This document shows positions 7,514 through 17,728 of a stretch of 41,151 bases of DNA, piece by piece. The notes under the pieces are model-generated. The model was not told where the DNA came from, did not search any database, and saw only the letters and a list, made by a program, of their open reading frames with translations. How positions within the stretch are numbered: position 1 is the first letter of the stretch; the number at the start of each line of letters is the position of its first letter. The translations under genes were made by a program, and so were the position numbers. Source of the stretch: Theionarchaea archaeon (GTDB lineage Archaea; Methanobacteriota_B; Thermococci; Methanofastidiosales; SZ-28-30); the NCBI GenBank assembly GCA_018992565.1, contig JACVGW010000015.1, forward strand, positions 1-41,151, given 5' to 3'.

Positions 7514-8896
7514 TTATAGCAGCACATCCTCAATGGAGGCTGCCAGATACAGGATAGCTTCAAGAATCTCCTTATAGCTCATCCAATCAGTCTCCAAGGA
7601 AGGTCTTCCTGATAGCGACTCAGAATTCTCCCACCACCTTCCCAGAGGACGCACTCCCAGCTGGTCTCCTTCCTTCCACACGGGAGAGTCAGGATAACAG
7701 GTTAAGGCTGTAACATTGACCATCTCCAGTTCCATTTTCCGCACAAAGTCAATCGTATCATCAATTTCCTTCAAGGTCTGTTTGGGCAGTCCGACAATAA
7801 GCCCTGTCCTGATGGTCATGCCAGCGTCGCGGGTCAGCCGTAAGGCAGTCTCGATGTCTTCCAATTTTATGTGTTTTCTGCATGCATCGAGAACCTTCTG
7901 AGACGCACATTCCACTCCGTAGAACATGGAATAGCAGCCTGCTTCACGCATCTTTGAAATGAGCTCAGGGGTTACGTAGTCAGGTCTGGTAATACATGTC
8001 CACTCCACATCAATACCTCTCTCCAGTATCTCATCGCAGATTTGAAAAGCCCGATCCATGTCATAGGTGAAGAATTCATCATGGAATCCAATGAATTTTC
8101 TCCCCTGAGATCGTGCCATTTCCATTTCATCTACAGTGCTCTGTGCTGACCTGCCTCTCCATGTATTACAATACATGTGCGAATTGTGACAGAAAATGCA
8201 TTTATATCTGCATCCCCTGGAGGAAATTATCCAGTAAACATCTCCTGGATATCCTGTCTTCTTCATGTATTCCAAGAGCTTGAGCGTAGCAATTCGCTCC
8301 TTTGCATATCCTACCGGGGGTATGAGGTCATACGCAGGGAGCGGTAGTTCATCCAGGCAGTCAGGGAACTCTCGCGGATTGTGGATGACAGATCCATTCG
8401 CCCGAAAAGAGACGTTTGGTATGCCCTGAAGATCACCAAGAGATACCAGCTGTCGTACCAGTTGAATCGCACAAAACTCGGGCTCAACGTGGATGACTGC
8501 GTCAATAGGCCATGTGGACAGCATGATTTCCGATGCCAGGTCGTCCCATGTTCCTTCCACTGCGACTCTCATGTGGGGATGTACCTCTTTGAGAGCCTGT
8601 ATGAGCCGATGTGTGAAGTTGTAGTTGGTATAGTAACCGTAGACTATTGCCACATCATATTGATCTTTGCTCACGGCAACCCGGCAGGAATCAATAACAG
8701 ACTCGGGGGGCCGCAGGGGGAAGGGAGCATTAATACTGGAACGCGGATCTGTGGCCATCTCTTCTGCGGACACGTATCCATTCAAATCGATTGCATCAAA
8801 AGGAATGCCAGCCTGGCGCAGCAGTGATGCTACGTACATGAACGGAAAGGGTGGACACTTGGGTCGAGTTGGCGTGTGGAGCAGAAGCACCTTCAT
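7514..8896 (-). CDS. B12-binding domain radical SAM enzyme
   Basis: N-terminal Rossmann-like B12 domain; 'SSRGCRYKCIFC', 'DEFFT', 'WTCITR', 'GVEC'. Confidence 0.9.
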   Translation of the reverse strand: MKVLLLHTPTRPKCPPFPFMYVASLLRQAGIPFDAIDLNGYVSAEEMATDPRSSINAPFPLRPPESVIDSCRVAVSKDQYDVAIVYGYYTNYNFTHRLIQALKEVHPHMRVAVEGTWDDLASEIMLSTWPIDAVIHVEPEFCAIQLVRQLVSLGDLQGIPNVSFRANGSVIHNPREFPDCLDELPLPAYDLIPPVGYAKERIATLKLLEYMKKTGYPGDVYWIISSRGCRYKCIFCHNSHMYCNTWRGRSAQSTVDEMEMARSQGRKFIGFHDEFFTYDMDRAFQICDEILERGIDVEWTCITRPDYVTPELISKMREAGCYSMFYGVECASQKVLDACRKHIKLEDIETALRLTRDAGMTIRTGLIVGLPKQTLKEIDDTIDFVRKMELEMVNVTALTCYPDSPVWKEGDQLGVRPLGRWWENSESLSGRPSLETDWMSYKEILEAILYLAASIEDVLL

Positions 8897-10023
8897 GATT
8901 TCACCTCCTGTGTTCTTGATGGAAAGACTGGGTCCATTCTCTCAAATGTGAGTGAGTATCTGCAGGGGCCTCCACAGACAGTCACATATTTACATGACTC
9001 GCACGTCCGTGTGCACGGCTCCTGCGTATAGGTAAGAAGGCTTTGATATATATTTTTTTCGGAACACTGCTCAAGGTTGGAGAGAATGTAGGGAGGGCTT
9101 CTCAAGCAGGTACATGGAGTAATATCAAAGGTGGGCAGAACCACAATCTTGAACCTTCCTCCAATGCAGCCAAAAAACCGATTTTGTTCTGTTGTATCTG
9201 GTTTCTTATGTTCAAAGAAACATTCCGGGAAGCAGAAAACATCTTCGACAAAGATGGGGGTCTTGTACTGGTTTTGCAGAGAAGAAATCTCTGATGAAAG
9301 CGCATAGTAATCTGGTCTGCTCAATCTGAGTTCAGATGGGGCATTCCCTGTTATTCTTACATTATGATATTCTACACCTGACACACCAATGCGACATACT
9401 CTTTCCATAATATCTGTCACCTGGTGCTTGTTATGCTGGGTCAACGTGCACAGTGTGGTAGTGTCGACACCGTGGGATACCAGAAGATGCAGTGCGTCAA
9501 TGACCTTTCTCAAAGACTCGGGCGAGGCATTAATCCCTTCAAAAAGTTCATCTGCAGCGTCCAGGCTGACAGATGCATCAATCCCCAAGTCTGCCAGAAG
9601 TCGAGCGTGCTCTTCTGTGAGGAGAGTCGCATTGGTAACCAGGTCAAGATCCCACGAATACTGACTCATATACTCCAGAAGATGCGTGATGTCACTCCGT
9701 ATTAAAGGCTCCCCACCGCTTATGAAAATCTTCTTGAAGTGCATACGGTGCAGCTTGTCCACAGCATCAGCCAGTTGATCAAAAGTAGGATGTCCTGCAG
9801 GTGAGACTGCATAGCAGTATTCACATCGGAGGTTGCATCGTGAGGTAACCTCAAACCACACCTTAAATGGTAGGAGTATGTCTGCATGTTCTGTTTGAAG
9901 TTCTTCTCCCTGGTACGTACAGGGGAGGACAAACTGATTTCTGTAGATGTGACCCTCTTCAGTCTCGAACCACCAGCATCCATAGTCTTTGACTTTGCGG
10001 ATTCTCGGCATCATATCTCTCAA
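8893..10023 (-). CDS. Radical SAM/SPASM-domain enzyme
   Basis: CNLRCEYC, SGGEP, C-terminal 'CIGGR...ITPC...CESCKYVTVCGGPC'. True start may be the ATG at 10014 or 10011. Confidence 0.9.
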   Translation of the reverse strand: MRDMMPRIRKVKDYGCWWFETEEGHIYRNQFVLPCTYQGEELQTEHADILLPFKVWFEVTSRCNLRCEYCYAVSPAGHPTFDQLADAVDKLHRMHFKKIFISGGEPLIRSDITHLLEYMSQYSWDLDLVTNATLLTEEHARLLADLGIDASVSLDAADELFEGINASPESLRKVIDALHLLVSHGVDTTTLCTLTQHNKHQVTDIMERVCRIGVSGVEYHNVRITGNAPSELRLSRPDYYALSSEISSLQNQYKTPIFVEDVFCFPECFFEHKKPDTTEQNRFFGCIGGRFKIVVLPTFDITPCTCLRSPPYILSNLEQCSEKNIYQSLLTYTQEPCTRTCESCKYVTVCGGPCRYSLTFERMDPVFPSRTQEVKS

Positions 10024-10199
10024 AGCTGGTGATAAATCACAACCTTAAAAACTTGTTGGTTGATAGGGTTGAGAACCAACCAGGGCTGAGACTTTCCTAC
10101 ATCTCCTCTTCTAGCAGTGAGTGAGGACGCTTCTCTCACATAGAATCAAGTTCGAGATAGCTTTTTAAGCCATTCCGTTCAGAGGAAAGAGGTGATCTG

Positions 10200-11603
10200 T
10201 TGAAAGTGGTACTCTGTAATCCGCCCCAGCCCGTGTCGTTTTTTCCAAAGATCCCCCCCTTGGGGATTGCCTACCTGGGTGGCTTGCTTCGAGAAAACGG
10301 GCACGATGTGGTGTTGTACGATCTTAACATACGCCTTGGCAGTCCTATCACTCACCAGGACATCACAGACGTTGTAAAGGACATTGCAGATGATGAACCT
10401 GATATCCTGGGTGTGTCCTGCTGGGCCATGTGCATGCCCTTTGTTTCAGAATTTGTTCAGCAGTATAAACTGGAAAATGATGGGCTGGTTTTACTGGGGG
10501 GGCCGTATCCGTCGCTGGCTCCTGTTGAGACTGTCCGTGGAATTCCTGCTGACTGCTGCGTGGTGGGGGAAGGTGAACTTCCCTTGCTGGATATTGCCAG
10601 AGCTCCCCAGAACCTGGAATCTACTGAAAATGTCTGGATTCACAAAGAAGGTACTCTCATACAGAATCCGCGCCGTTCTGACTTCTATCCTCTGGATGAG
10701 CTTCCCTACCCTGCACTGGACCTGCTCCCTCCTATCGAAGCATACCAGAACATGCAGGATGACTACTGGTACATGGAAGCGCCCACATATGAGTTCCCCA
10801 TCATGGGGAGCAGGGGCTGCCCTTACAGGTGTGCTTTCTGCTCCACCCGGAAGATATGGACATCCCACAGGCGAAGAGACCCGGAGAGCATCGTAAAAGA
10901 AATCAAGCAGCTTGCCAGAGAGTATGGAGATATTTTCATTGATTTCCAGGATGATATGTTCACTCTCAGCAAGGCCTGGGTTTCATCCATTTGCAGGAAC
11001 CTGCGCTCTGAAGGCATAACTGCAGCATGGAGCTGCTGCACCAGAGTGGATTGTGTGGATGATGACATCCTCTCCACAATGAAAGCTGCAGGATGCACCA
11101 ACATTGACCTGGGAATCGAATCAATCAATGATCACGTCCTTGAGTATATCCGCAAAGGGTACACTGCAGCAGATGTCAGGAGAGGGCTTTCTGCCATTAC
11201 CGACCACGGGATCCAGGCCGAGACGACGTATATTGTGAACCTCCCTGTTGAAACGAAGGAGGATATTATGAGGACTATAGATTTTGGAGAAGAAAGCCTG
11301 AAAGAGGGAGTATCTGAAGTGACGTTTTATTTACTGACACCATACCCGGGAATTGACCTTCTAGAAGAGCACACAATTGAGTTAATGCCATCTCCTTACA
11401 GGGACAACCTGCTCAAGTACGTAGCAGGATTTTCCAGGAATCCTGAGCGTTATGATGATCCCTTCTGGCTCCCTGAAGCTTTTACTATTGTCAATCCGTC
11501 CTTGACTCAAGATGACTTCTGGGAAGTGTTCGAAAGAATACATGCTATTAACGCAACATTTCCACCATATCCATTGTCTTTCTACAAGGGTGAGAGAAAA
11601 TGA
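10200..11603 (+). CDS. B12-binding domain radical SAM enzyme
   Basis: 'PPLGIAYL', 'GGPYPS', 'VGEGE', 'SRGCPYRCAFC', 'DDMFT'; GAGGTGA RBS before TTG. Confidence 0.92.
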   Translation: MKVVLCNPPQPVSFFPKIPPLGIAYLGGLLRENGHDVVLYDLNIRLGSPITHQDITDVVKDIADDEPDILGVSCWAMCMPFVSEFVQQYKLENDGLVLLGGPYPSLAPVETVRGIPADCCVVGEGELPLLDIARAPQNLESTENVWIHKEGTLIQNPRRSDFYPLDELPYPALDLLPPIEAYQNMQDDYWYMEAPTYEFPIMGSRGCPYRCAFCSTRKIWTSHRRRDPESIVKEIKQLAREYGDIFIDFQDDMFTLSKAWVSSICRNLRSEGITAAWSCCTRVDCVDDDILSTMKAAGCTNIDLGIESINDHVLEYIRKGYTAADVRRGLSAITDHGIQAETTYIVNLPVETKEDIMRTIDFGEESLKEGVSEVTFYLLTPYPGIDLLEEHTIELMPSPYRDNLLKYVAGFSRNPERYDDPFWLPEAFTIVNPSLTQDDFWEVFERIHAINATFPPYPLSFYKGERK

Positions 11604-12994
11604 CCCTGAAAACGGTTCTCTGTAATCCGGCACAACCTGTGTACTACGTCCCCCATATACCTCCTCTGGGAATGTCATACCTTGCAGGCTACCTCAGAGA
11701 GCATGAGCAGGAGGTCACTCTGCTGGATTTCGAGCATGAAGCAACTTCCATGGGGAAGAGGACTATGAACCGGCTGGTGGACATGGCCTGCAACCTGGAG
11801 CCTGACATCATTGGATTTACTGCCTGGGCGGATTGTATGCCCTTCATTTCCGAATTCTTAACACGATTCAGGCAGCGTGCTCCTGACTGCATCACAGTGC
11901 TGGGAGGACCTCTCCCCAGTGTGGCTCCTGCAGAGACACTGGAGCTTATGCCTGCAGTAGACTACGTGGTGGTGGGAGAAGGTGAACATGTTCTTCTCCA
12001 GTTAATACAGCAATTAGAACAAGGGAAAGCCCCCGATAGTGAAGGAGTGTGCTACAAGAAGGGAGGGTCACTCTTCTACAGGCCACAGACGTCCCATGTG
12101 GACATTGAGACACTTCCCTTTCCTGCTTATGACTTGCTTCCACCTGTGAGAGATTACACCAGAGAAGGGGAGCCTACAGTGCTGACCATGGCTGCAAGCC
12201 GTGGCTGCATATATAACTGCACCTTCTGCTCATCCAAGATGATGTGGGGTCTATACCGGTGCAGAAGCGTCAACAATGTCATTGATGAAGTGGCCTTCCA
12301 TGTAAGAGAATATGGTGATATCTTCATTGATTTTCTTGATGACATCTTCACAGCCTATCCTCAGTGGGTGAAGACCTTCTGCCGCAGGCTACAGGAACGT
12401 AACCTGGATCTCAAGTGGAGCTGCATAACACGTGTTGATAGAGTGAACAGAGAGCTCCTGAAGAACCTGAAAGAGGCAGGATGCAGAATCATCTTCTATG
12501 GAGTGGATTCCGGGACACAGAGAATTCTGAACCAGATTAATAAAGGATATAAGGTGGAGGATGTCCTACGTGCCATAGAAACGAGCCTGGAATTTGGATT
12601 TTCCATTGAAAACACCTTTATAATAAACTTCCCAACAGAAACAAAACAGGAGATGATGGAGACATTGAAGCTGGCCAGAACCCTCCTGGATATGGGGGTA
12701 GAAGAAGCAGTCGTTTTCATATTGACGCCGCATCCTAATCTCAGCATCCTGGATTCTTCCAAGGAGTACTTGCCGACACCTTACAGGAACGGATTCTTAG
12801 AGTATATCAGCTATGTGACAGATACACCCCAGCAGTATGATTCTCCGTACTTCTTTCCCGAAGCATACACTCCCCGTAATCCTTCTGTAACAGAAGAAGA
12901 ATTCCAGGAGCTCTTTGAAATATGTACAGAGATTAACAAGGAATCTGGATTCCCTCTGACCTTGATGATACGGGAGAATTCTACCATTCCTTGA
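11600..12994 (+). CDS. B12-binding domain radical SAM enzyme (paralog of upstream gene)
   Basis: 'PPLGMSYL', 'GGPLPS', 'VGEGE', 'SRGCIYNCTFC'; ATGA overlap with previous gene. Confidence 0.92.
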   Translation: MTLKTVLCNPAQPVYYVPHIPPLGMSYLAGYLREHEQEVTLLDFEHEATSMGKRTMNRLVDMACNLEPDIIGFTAWADCMPFISEFLTRFRQRAPDCITVLGGPLPSVAPAETLELMPAVDYVVVGEGEHVLLQLIQQLEQGKAPDSEGVCYKKGGSLFYRPQTSHVDIETLPFPAYDLLPPVRDYTREGEPTVLTMAASRGCIYNCTFCSSKMMWGLYRCRSVNNVIDEVAFHVREYGDIFIDFLDDIFTAYPQWVKTFCRRLQERNLDLKWSCITRVDRVNRELLKNLKEAGCRIIFYGVDSGTQRILNQINKGYKVEDVLRAIETSLEFGFSIENTFIINFPTETKQEMMETLKLARTLLDMGVEEAVVFILTPHPNLSILDSSKEYLPTPYRNGFLEYISYVTDTPQQYDSPYFFPEAYTPRNPSVTEEEFQELFEICTEINKESGFPLTLMIRENSTIP

Positions 12995-14021
12995 TAAGGC
13001 GGGCCACCCGCTCCAATCCATCCCATGGTGACAGGTTCCTTCCCACTGCAATGTGGTAGTTCCGAACTCTTTCATCTGTGAGAAGGGTATGAACCTGGTC
13101 TCCTATGGGGTCTCCCAGTATGGCAAGCTCTGCAGCTCCGATGCGATGCAGATGCCGGGCATTCCTGTAGTGCTCAGTGTTCTTATCCAGAGGTGGAACT
13201 ACCAGAAGACGTGGAATGCCTATCATGGAGGCTTCAAACATAATATTCCCTCCATGACAGATGACAGCCCGTGAAGTCTTCAGGACATCAACCAGGCTCT
13301 CTACAAACCCCAGGACTTTTATTCTGTGGCTGTACTGTGGCCACTTGCTGATTTCTCTGGTGAGCTGCATGACATCATTGGGAGATGAAAGCCCTCCTAC
13401 ATGCAGGAGAAGGTTCATATCCTGCTGGTACTCCATGATCTCATTGAGAGACTGCAGCACGGAGAAATGCAGCTTGAGCCCGTAAAACCCGCTGCTGTAC
13501 GTTATGAGAAGGTCATGACCTGGCAGACTGCCCCTCTCTGGTGGTATGAGAGGACCAGTGCACAGTGTCTTATTCGTGTGGTTTAGAAGCTCAGGATCTA
13601 CCTCGAAGAATGGGGGGACAGGGAGAACGATCTTATCTGCACACATCAATGATTCAACGCAGTTATTGTGATTGTCCGCATACGCACCTTTAATGGGATA
13701 TGGTTGTGTGATGAGAATACTGGAGAGTCCCACCATCCTGCTTATAATGGGGCCAAAAAAGGCAAGATCAGATACCACAACATGGGGTCTTTTCTGTGAG
13801 AGGACAGCGTGAATATGAGAGAGTGACTGCCGTTCCAGTTGATAAAAGTAGGGCTCTGTTTCTACATGCTGGGTTTTTCTGAAATCCTGATAGAGGGGCT
13901 TCAGAGTTTCTGGTACAAAGTGAAGAAAAGTAACAGATTCTCTTTTCTGGATTTCTTTCATCAGCCTGAAGTCTCTCACAATATTACCGAAGCACTTATT
14001 ACCTGTAATGAATGCTATCAT
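12981..14021 (-). CDS. GT-B fold glycosyltransferase (GT28/GT1 C-terminal-like)
   Basis: 'RPHVVVSD', 'TGPLI', 'GFVESLVDVLKTSRAVICHGGNIMFEASMIGIP', 'EHYRNARHLHRIGAA'. Confidence 0.75.
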   Translation of the reverse strand: MIAFITGNKCFGNIVRDFRLMKEIQKRESVTFLHFVPETLKPLYQDFRKTQHVETEPYFYQLERQSLSHIHAVLSQKRPHVVVSDLAFFGPIISRMVGLSSILITQPYPIKGAYADNHNNCVESLMCADKIVLPVPPFFEVDPELLNHTNKTLCTGPLIPPERGSLPGHDLLITYSSGFYGLKLHFSVLQSLNEIMEYQQDMNLLLHVGGLSSPNDVMQLTREISKWPQYSHRIKVLGFVESLVDVLKTSRAVICHGGNIMFEASMIGIPRLLVVPPLDKNTEHYRNARHLHRIGAAELAILGDPIGDQVHTLLTDERVRNYHIAVGRNLSPWDGLERVARLIKEW

Positions 14022-14761
14022 TTTATCCTCCTGAAAAGCAGAATTTCATAAAGGTGCAACCCTCGCAGTGGCAGCTGGGAGAGCAGCCTGTCAATCATAC
14101 GAAATACTGGAGACGTATGCTTCTGATACACACGTATATCGAAAACGCAGGTACCTTTCCTCTCTGTCAGTAGAAATCCTTCTTTTCGAAACTGGTTAAT
14201 AAGTGTAGCTACTGGTTCAAATCCTGCTGCATCAAAATAGGAAAACTCGCGAAGATGTGTATACGGGCTGATATATCTCTTTTTTCCTGTAAGCAGCCGA
14301 TAGATGTTGTAGCAGGGAACACTGATGAGGATATGTCCTTTGTCTGTGCAGATGCGGGCAAGCTCAGAGACAGCTCTTTCCATTGCTGGAAGATGTTCAA
14401 GGACGTCAGTACAGACAACGAGGTCGAAAGTATGGTTAAGAAATGGTAGTTCTGTAGCTTCTGCCTGAACATACAGAGCCTGACACCGTGATTGAGAGCG
14501 ATGAAGGCGGGTCAGGGACACATCTGCGCCCACCTTCTGCAGGCCCGCAGATTCCAGGTGCCACAAGAGTACACCATCTCCGCATCCCACATCAATGATA
14601 TTCCCTTCTACACTAATACGTTCAAGTACAGAGAGAATGCATGCTAGTCGCCTGCACTCCCAGTAGAGGTTCAGCATGTCCCAGTGATATTCAGTTTCAG
14701 CTTCCATCTCATTGAGTGCAATCAAGAACTCTTTTTGATGCTCTCTGCTTCCTTGAAACAC
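14018..14761 (-). CDS. Class I SAM-dependent methyltransferase
   Basis: 'IIDVGCGDG', 'LPFLNHTFDLVVCTDVLEHL'. Confidence 0.88.
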   Translation of the reverse strand: MFQGSREHQKEFLIALNEMEAETEYHWDMLNLYWECRRLACILSVLERISVEGNIIDVGCGDGVLLWHLESAGLQKVGADVSLTRLHRSQSRCQALYVQAEATELPFLNHTFDLVVCTDVLEHLPAMERAVSELARICTDKGHILISVPCYNIYRLLTGKKRYISPYTHLREFSYFDAAGFEPVATLINQFRKEGFLLTERKGTCVFDIRVYQKHTSPVFRMIDRLLSQLPLRGLHLYEILLFRRIK

Positions 14762-15774
14762 TGTTCAAACCTCCCTGAGACCATGGATCTGTACCCGGAT
14801 TCAATAATCTGTTGAACCTGGATGCCGTCACTCACGGCAACTGATGGGATGCTCTCACCTTTGATGCACTTTACAAAATGTCTATCCTCAATCTCAAAGA
14901 GGGTTTCCCAGGGAGTGGTAATTTCACTGGGCATAATGACCCGTTTCTCCTTCTTGGAATAAATCCTCAGTGGAAGCTGTGATATGAGGTCTATCTCAAC
15001 TGTTCCATGTTCAAAGAACAGCTTTGTCCACTCTGCAAAGGAAGGCATGTCTTCCTGTACCCAGTTCAGGTGGAGGTTAAGAGTGTGATCGGGAAATTTC
15101 ATAATAAGGTCTGCCCAGTCTTCAACATCACAGAGTTCTGTGCGGGATGTCTTGAAGAACTCATCTTGGACCTGCTTTTCCGGGATACGTGTTCCACCAT
15201 TCATGAATACACTGTGGGGTAGAGAATCTGAAAGCTCCAGCAGCAAATTCACCATGTGACATCCAATATCCAGCAGGCACCCACCTCCTGCAGTTTCTTT
15301 CTTGAGATACCATGAAGCCCTGGGCGCATACTGGGTCTTGTAGGATATTCCACCCGCAAGGAGACCAAGGGGATGATTCTCAAGATACTTTGCAGCAAAC
15401 TGCACTGCAGGGTGAAAGTGCTTCATGAATCCCATGAGGAACATACTGCTGCGGGTAGCTTTCTCAATGGAGTATGCTTCTTCCAGCGTTCGGGCCAGTG
15501 GCTTCTCGCAGAGGATAGCTGTACCTGACTCTGCAAGCGTCTGCACGGCTGGAAGGTGTAACCATACGGGAAGAGCAACAATTGCTCCGTCCACATGGGA
15601 GCGTGCCAGCTCTTCAACTGAATCATGCGTTTCCTTGATGTTGAATCTCTGAGATACAAAGGCTCTCTTCACGGGATCTTTCTCTGCCAGTATAATATCG
15701 ATGCCGGGCATCTTTCTCAAAGCAACAATGTGAGTGATTCCAATGGTGCCTGCACCTAGAATGCCAATCCTCAT
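14722..15774 (-). CDS. Gfo/Idh/MocA family oxidoreductase
   Basis: 'IGILGAGTIG', 'LCEKPLA', 'GGGCLLDIGCH'. Confidence 0.92.
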   Translation of the reverse strand: MRIGILGAGTIGITHIVALRKMPGIDIILAEKDPVKRAFVSQRFNIKETHDSVEELARSHVDGAIVALPVWLHLPAVQTLAESGTAILCEKPLARTLEEAYSIEKATRSSMFLMGFMKHFHPAVQFAAKYLENHPLGLLAGGISYKTQYAPRASWYLKKETAGGGCLLDIGCHMVNLLLELSDSLPHSVFMNGGTRIPEKQVQDEFFKTSRTELCDVEDWADLIMKFPDHTLNLHLNWVQEDMPSFAEWTKLFFEHGTVEIDLISQLPLRIYSKKEKRVIMPSEITTPWETLFEIEDRHFVKCIKGESIPSVAVSDGIQVQQIIESGYRSMVSGRFEQCFKEAESIKKSS

Positions 15775-15904
15775 TTCTACTCAACTCCATGTGTGTTTAC
15801 AGGTTCTCCATTTAAATTTATCGAGGCTGCAATTCATGGGGGCAGGAGAAGGATTTCATGTTAGAATCCAATAGGGTTTTATACTCCTCTCTCACAGAGC
15901 ACCC

Positions 15905-16999
15905 ATGGATTTGTGGTTCATACATCCCACTTTCTTGCCCAACGTGGGCGGTGTGGACATTGCCGTGTACGCACTGGGAAAAGAACTGGTGGCCAGAGGG
16001 TGGTCTGTTGGAGTCCTCAGCAGGACAGAACTTGGAATTCCCACCCACTACGAAACTCATGGTATCCATGTGGAGAGGCGGGACTCTTTTCCACTGTATC
16101 ATTCCAGCATGCTGCCCCTGTTCACCAACGACATGAAAAAGACTGTAGAATCCTGCGATATCCTGCAGTATGAAAATCCCAATATCTGGTCACTGGCTGC
16201 ACTTCAGGTGAGGGCACCTGTAACCTTGCTGCGATATTTTGACTTTAATCCTGCTGAGGTAGCTTCTCTGGTTCTCACGAGCGGAGCGTTTGATGCCATT
16301 ATCTGCCCCACGAACCACGCCAGAAAAGAACTGGAAGCTCTTGGTGTCACAGACAGAATTGAGGTCATATCAACGGGAGTTGACACAACCCTATTCACAC
16401 CTGAAGGGGGCAGTAGCCTGCGGGAGAAGCTCAACTGCCCTGAAAAGAAGATCATTTTACTGCCTGCCCGGATTGACCCTCACAAGGAAATAGACTCCCT
16501 TCTTGAAGCAGTCGCCTTGCTGTCACATGAGGTTGTCCTGTACATTACGGGAGGAGGAGAATCCTGGCAGGGACTGTCCCAGACATTGCTCAAAAAATAC
16601 GTTAAGAAAGCTTCTGAGCTCAATATCTCTCACAAGGTCATCTTTGGCGATGGGCATTCCTGGGAAGAGATGCCCTCCATATACCGGGGAGCAGACGTGG
16701 TTGTTCTGACCTCATCATATGAATCGCTGGGGTTGGCACTCATGGAAGCTATGGCCTGTAGAAAACCCGTGGTTGGATCGAACATTCCTGCCATTGCAGA
16801 ATACATTACATCTGGCACAAATGGGATACTCATAGAGCCTCGAAATCCTGAGAGTATAGCAGAAGGGATCGATCTCCTCCTGTCTGACCCCGATAAGGCA
16901 CGCCGGATTGCAGCTGAAGGCGCTCGTACGATAACCCAGCTCTACTCACTGGAAAAGACTGTCAGAGACTATGTGGCCCTGGTGGATACTGTGACGTAG
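15905..16999 (+). CDS. Glycosyltransferase family 4
   Basis: 'PNVGGV', 'GVDTTLF', 'ARIDPHK', 'ESLGLALMEAMACRKPVV'. Confidence 0.92.
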   Translation: MDLWFIHPTFLPNVGGVDIAVYALGKELVARGWSVGVLSRTELGIPTHYETHGIHVERRDSFPLYHSSMLPLFTNDMKKTVESCDILQYENPNIWSLAALQVRAPVTLLRYFDFNPAEVASLVLTSGAFDAIICPTNHARKELEALGVTDRIEVISTGVDTTLFTPEGGSSLREKLNCPEKKIILLPARIDPHKEIDSLLEAVALLSHEVVLYITGGGESWQGLSQTLLKKYVKKASELNISHKVIFGDGHSWEEMPSIYRGADVVVLTSSYESLGLALMEAMACRKPVVGSNIPAIAEYITSGTNGILIEPRNPESIAEGIDLLLSDPDKARRIAAEGARTITQLYSLEKTVRDYVALVDTVT

Positions 17000-17724
17000 G
17001 CCTCCACATTCTGGTCTACCTCCTCTGTTGAGGCAACGCCTACCACCGCAAAATCTGCCTTCACCTCACAAAAGGCATATTCAACCCCCTTCAGGGGTTC
17101 CACAACACCACCGGCCAGTATTTTCTTAGCTATCAAGGGTTTCTGAGATGCCTTCAAAAGCTTCAGAGACTCATCTTTTTTTCCCATCATGAATCCTGCA
17201 GGGTTGGCAGCTGCCACCAAAAAGTCCAGTTCAGTGGTCTCAAGATACGAAAAGGACAGGGCAGGGTTATGGGTCGCAGCTCCCACTGTATCAAATTCCC
17301 TGGAAACCTGGTCAAGGTAAGCATCAAACAGCATGGGGGTTTTCTGGATAAGTGGATCAGTAATCTCGGCCACAATTACAGCTGCAGACGCAGGGACATT
17401 GCTGAATTTTCTAATATCCTCTTTAAAATTCCGGTATCCCTCAATGGAATACCCCAGCATTCCAAGGACTGCAATCTCGCCCACCTCTTTCTGTGCAGAT
17501 GCCACAGCCTGGAGCACATGTTCATCTGCTGTGGTCATGAGTGCATTTATTCCATACTGGTAAGCATGGACAATGATGTCTTTAATCGGTTCAGGACGAG
17601 TAAACTTCTTCTTGTATTCCTGAGCACGTGCTCTACCTCTGTATGACCAGCCAATAAACGGGTTGCAACCCAGAATAATGCAGGAATACTCGGTACCCTT
17701 CAGGCTTTTTGTGGATATCTTCAT
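16969..17724 (-). CDS. Uncharacterised protein, possibly aldo/keto-reductase-like TIM barrel (paralog of 20517-21260)
   Basis: 'ILGCNPFIGWSY', 'GAATHNP', 'NPAGFMM', 'KKILAGG', 'GVASTEEV' all echoed in the paralog; fold call is tentative. Confidence 0.6.
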   Translation of the reverse strand: MKISTKSLKGTEYSCIILGCNPFIGWSYRGRARAQEYKKKFTRPEPIKDIIVHAYQYGINALMTTADEHVLQAVASAQKEVGEIAVLGMLGYSIEGYRNFKEDIRKFSNVPASAAVIVAEITDPLIQKTPMLFDAYLDQVSREFDTVGAATHNPALSFSYLETTELDFLVAAANPAGFMMGKKDESLKLLKASQKPLIAKKILAGGVVEPLKGVEYAFCEVKADFAVVGVASTEEVDQNVEAYVTVSTRAT

Positions 17725-17728
17725 AGGT

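Noticed and set aside
7471..7563. Longer 63-aa version of the 7372 peptide with Cys-containing N-terminus
   Set aside because: Overlaps the upstream rSAM stop region; the strong RBS lies before GTG 7470.
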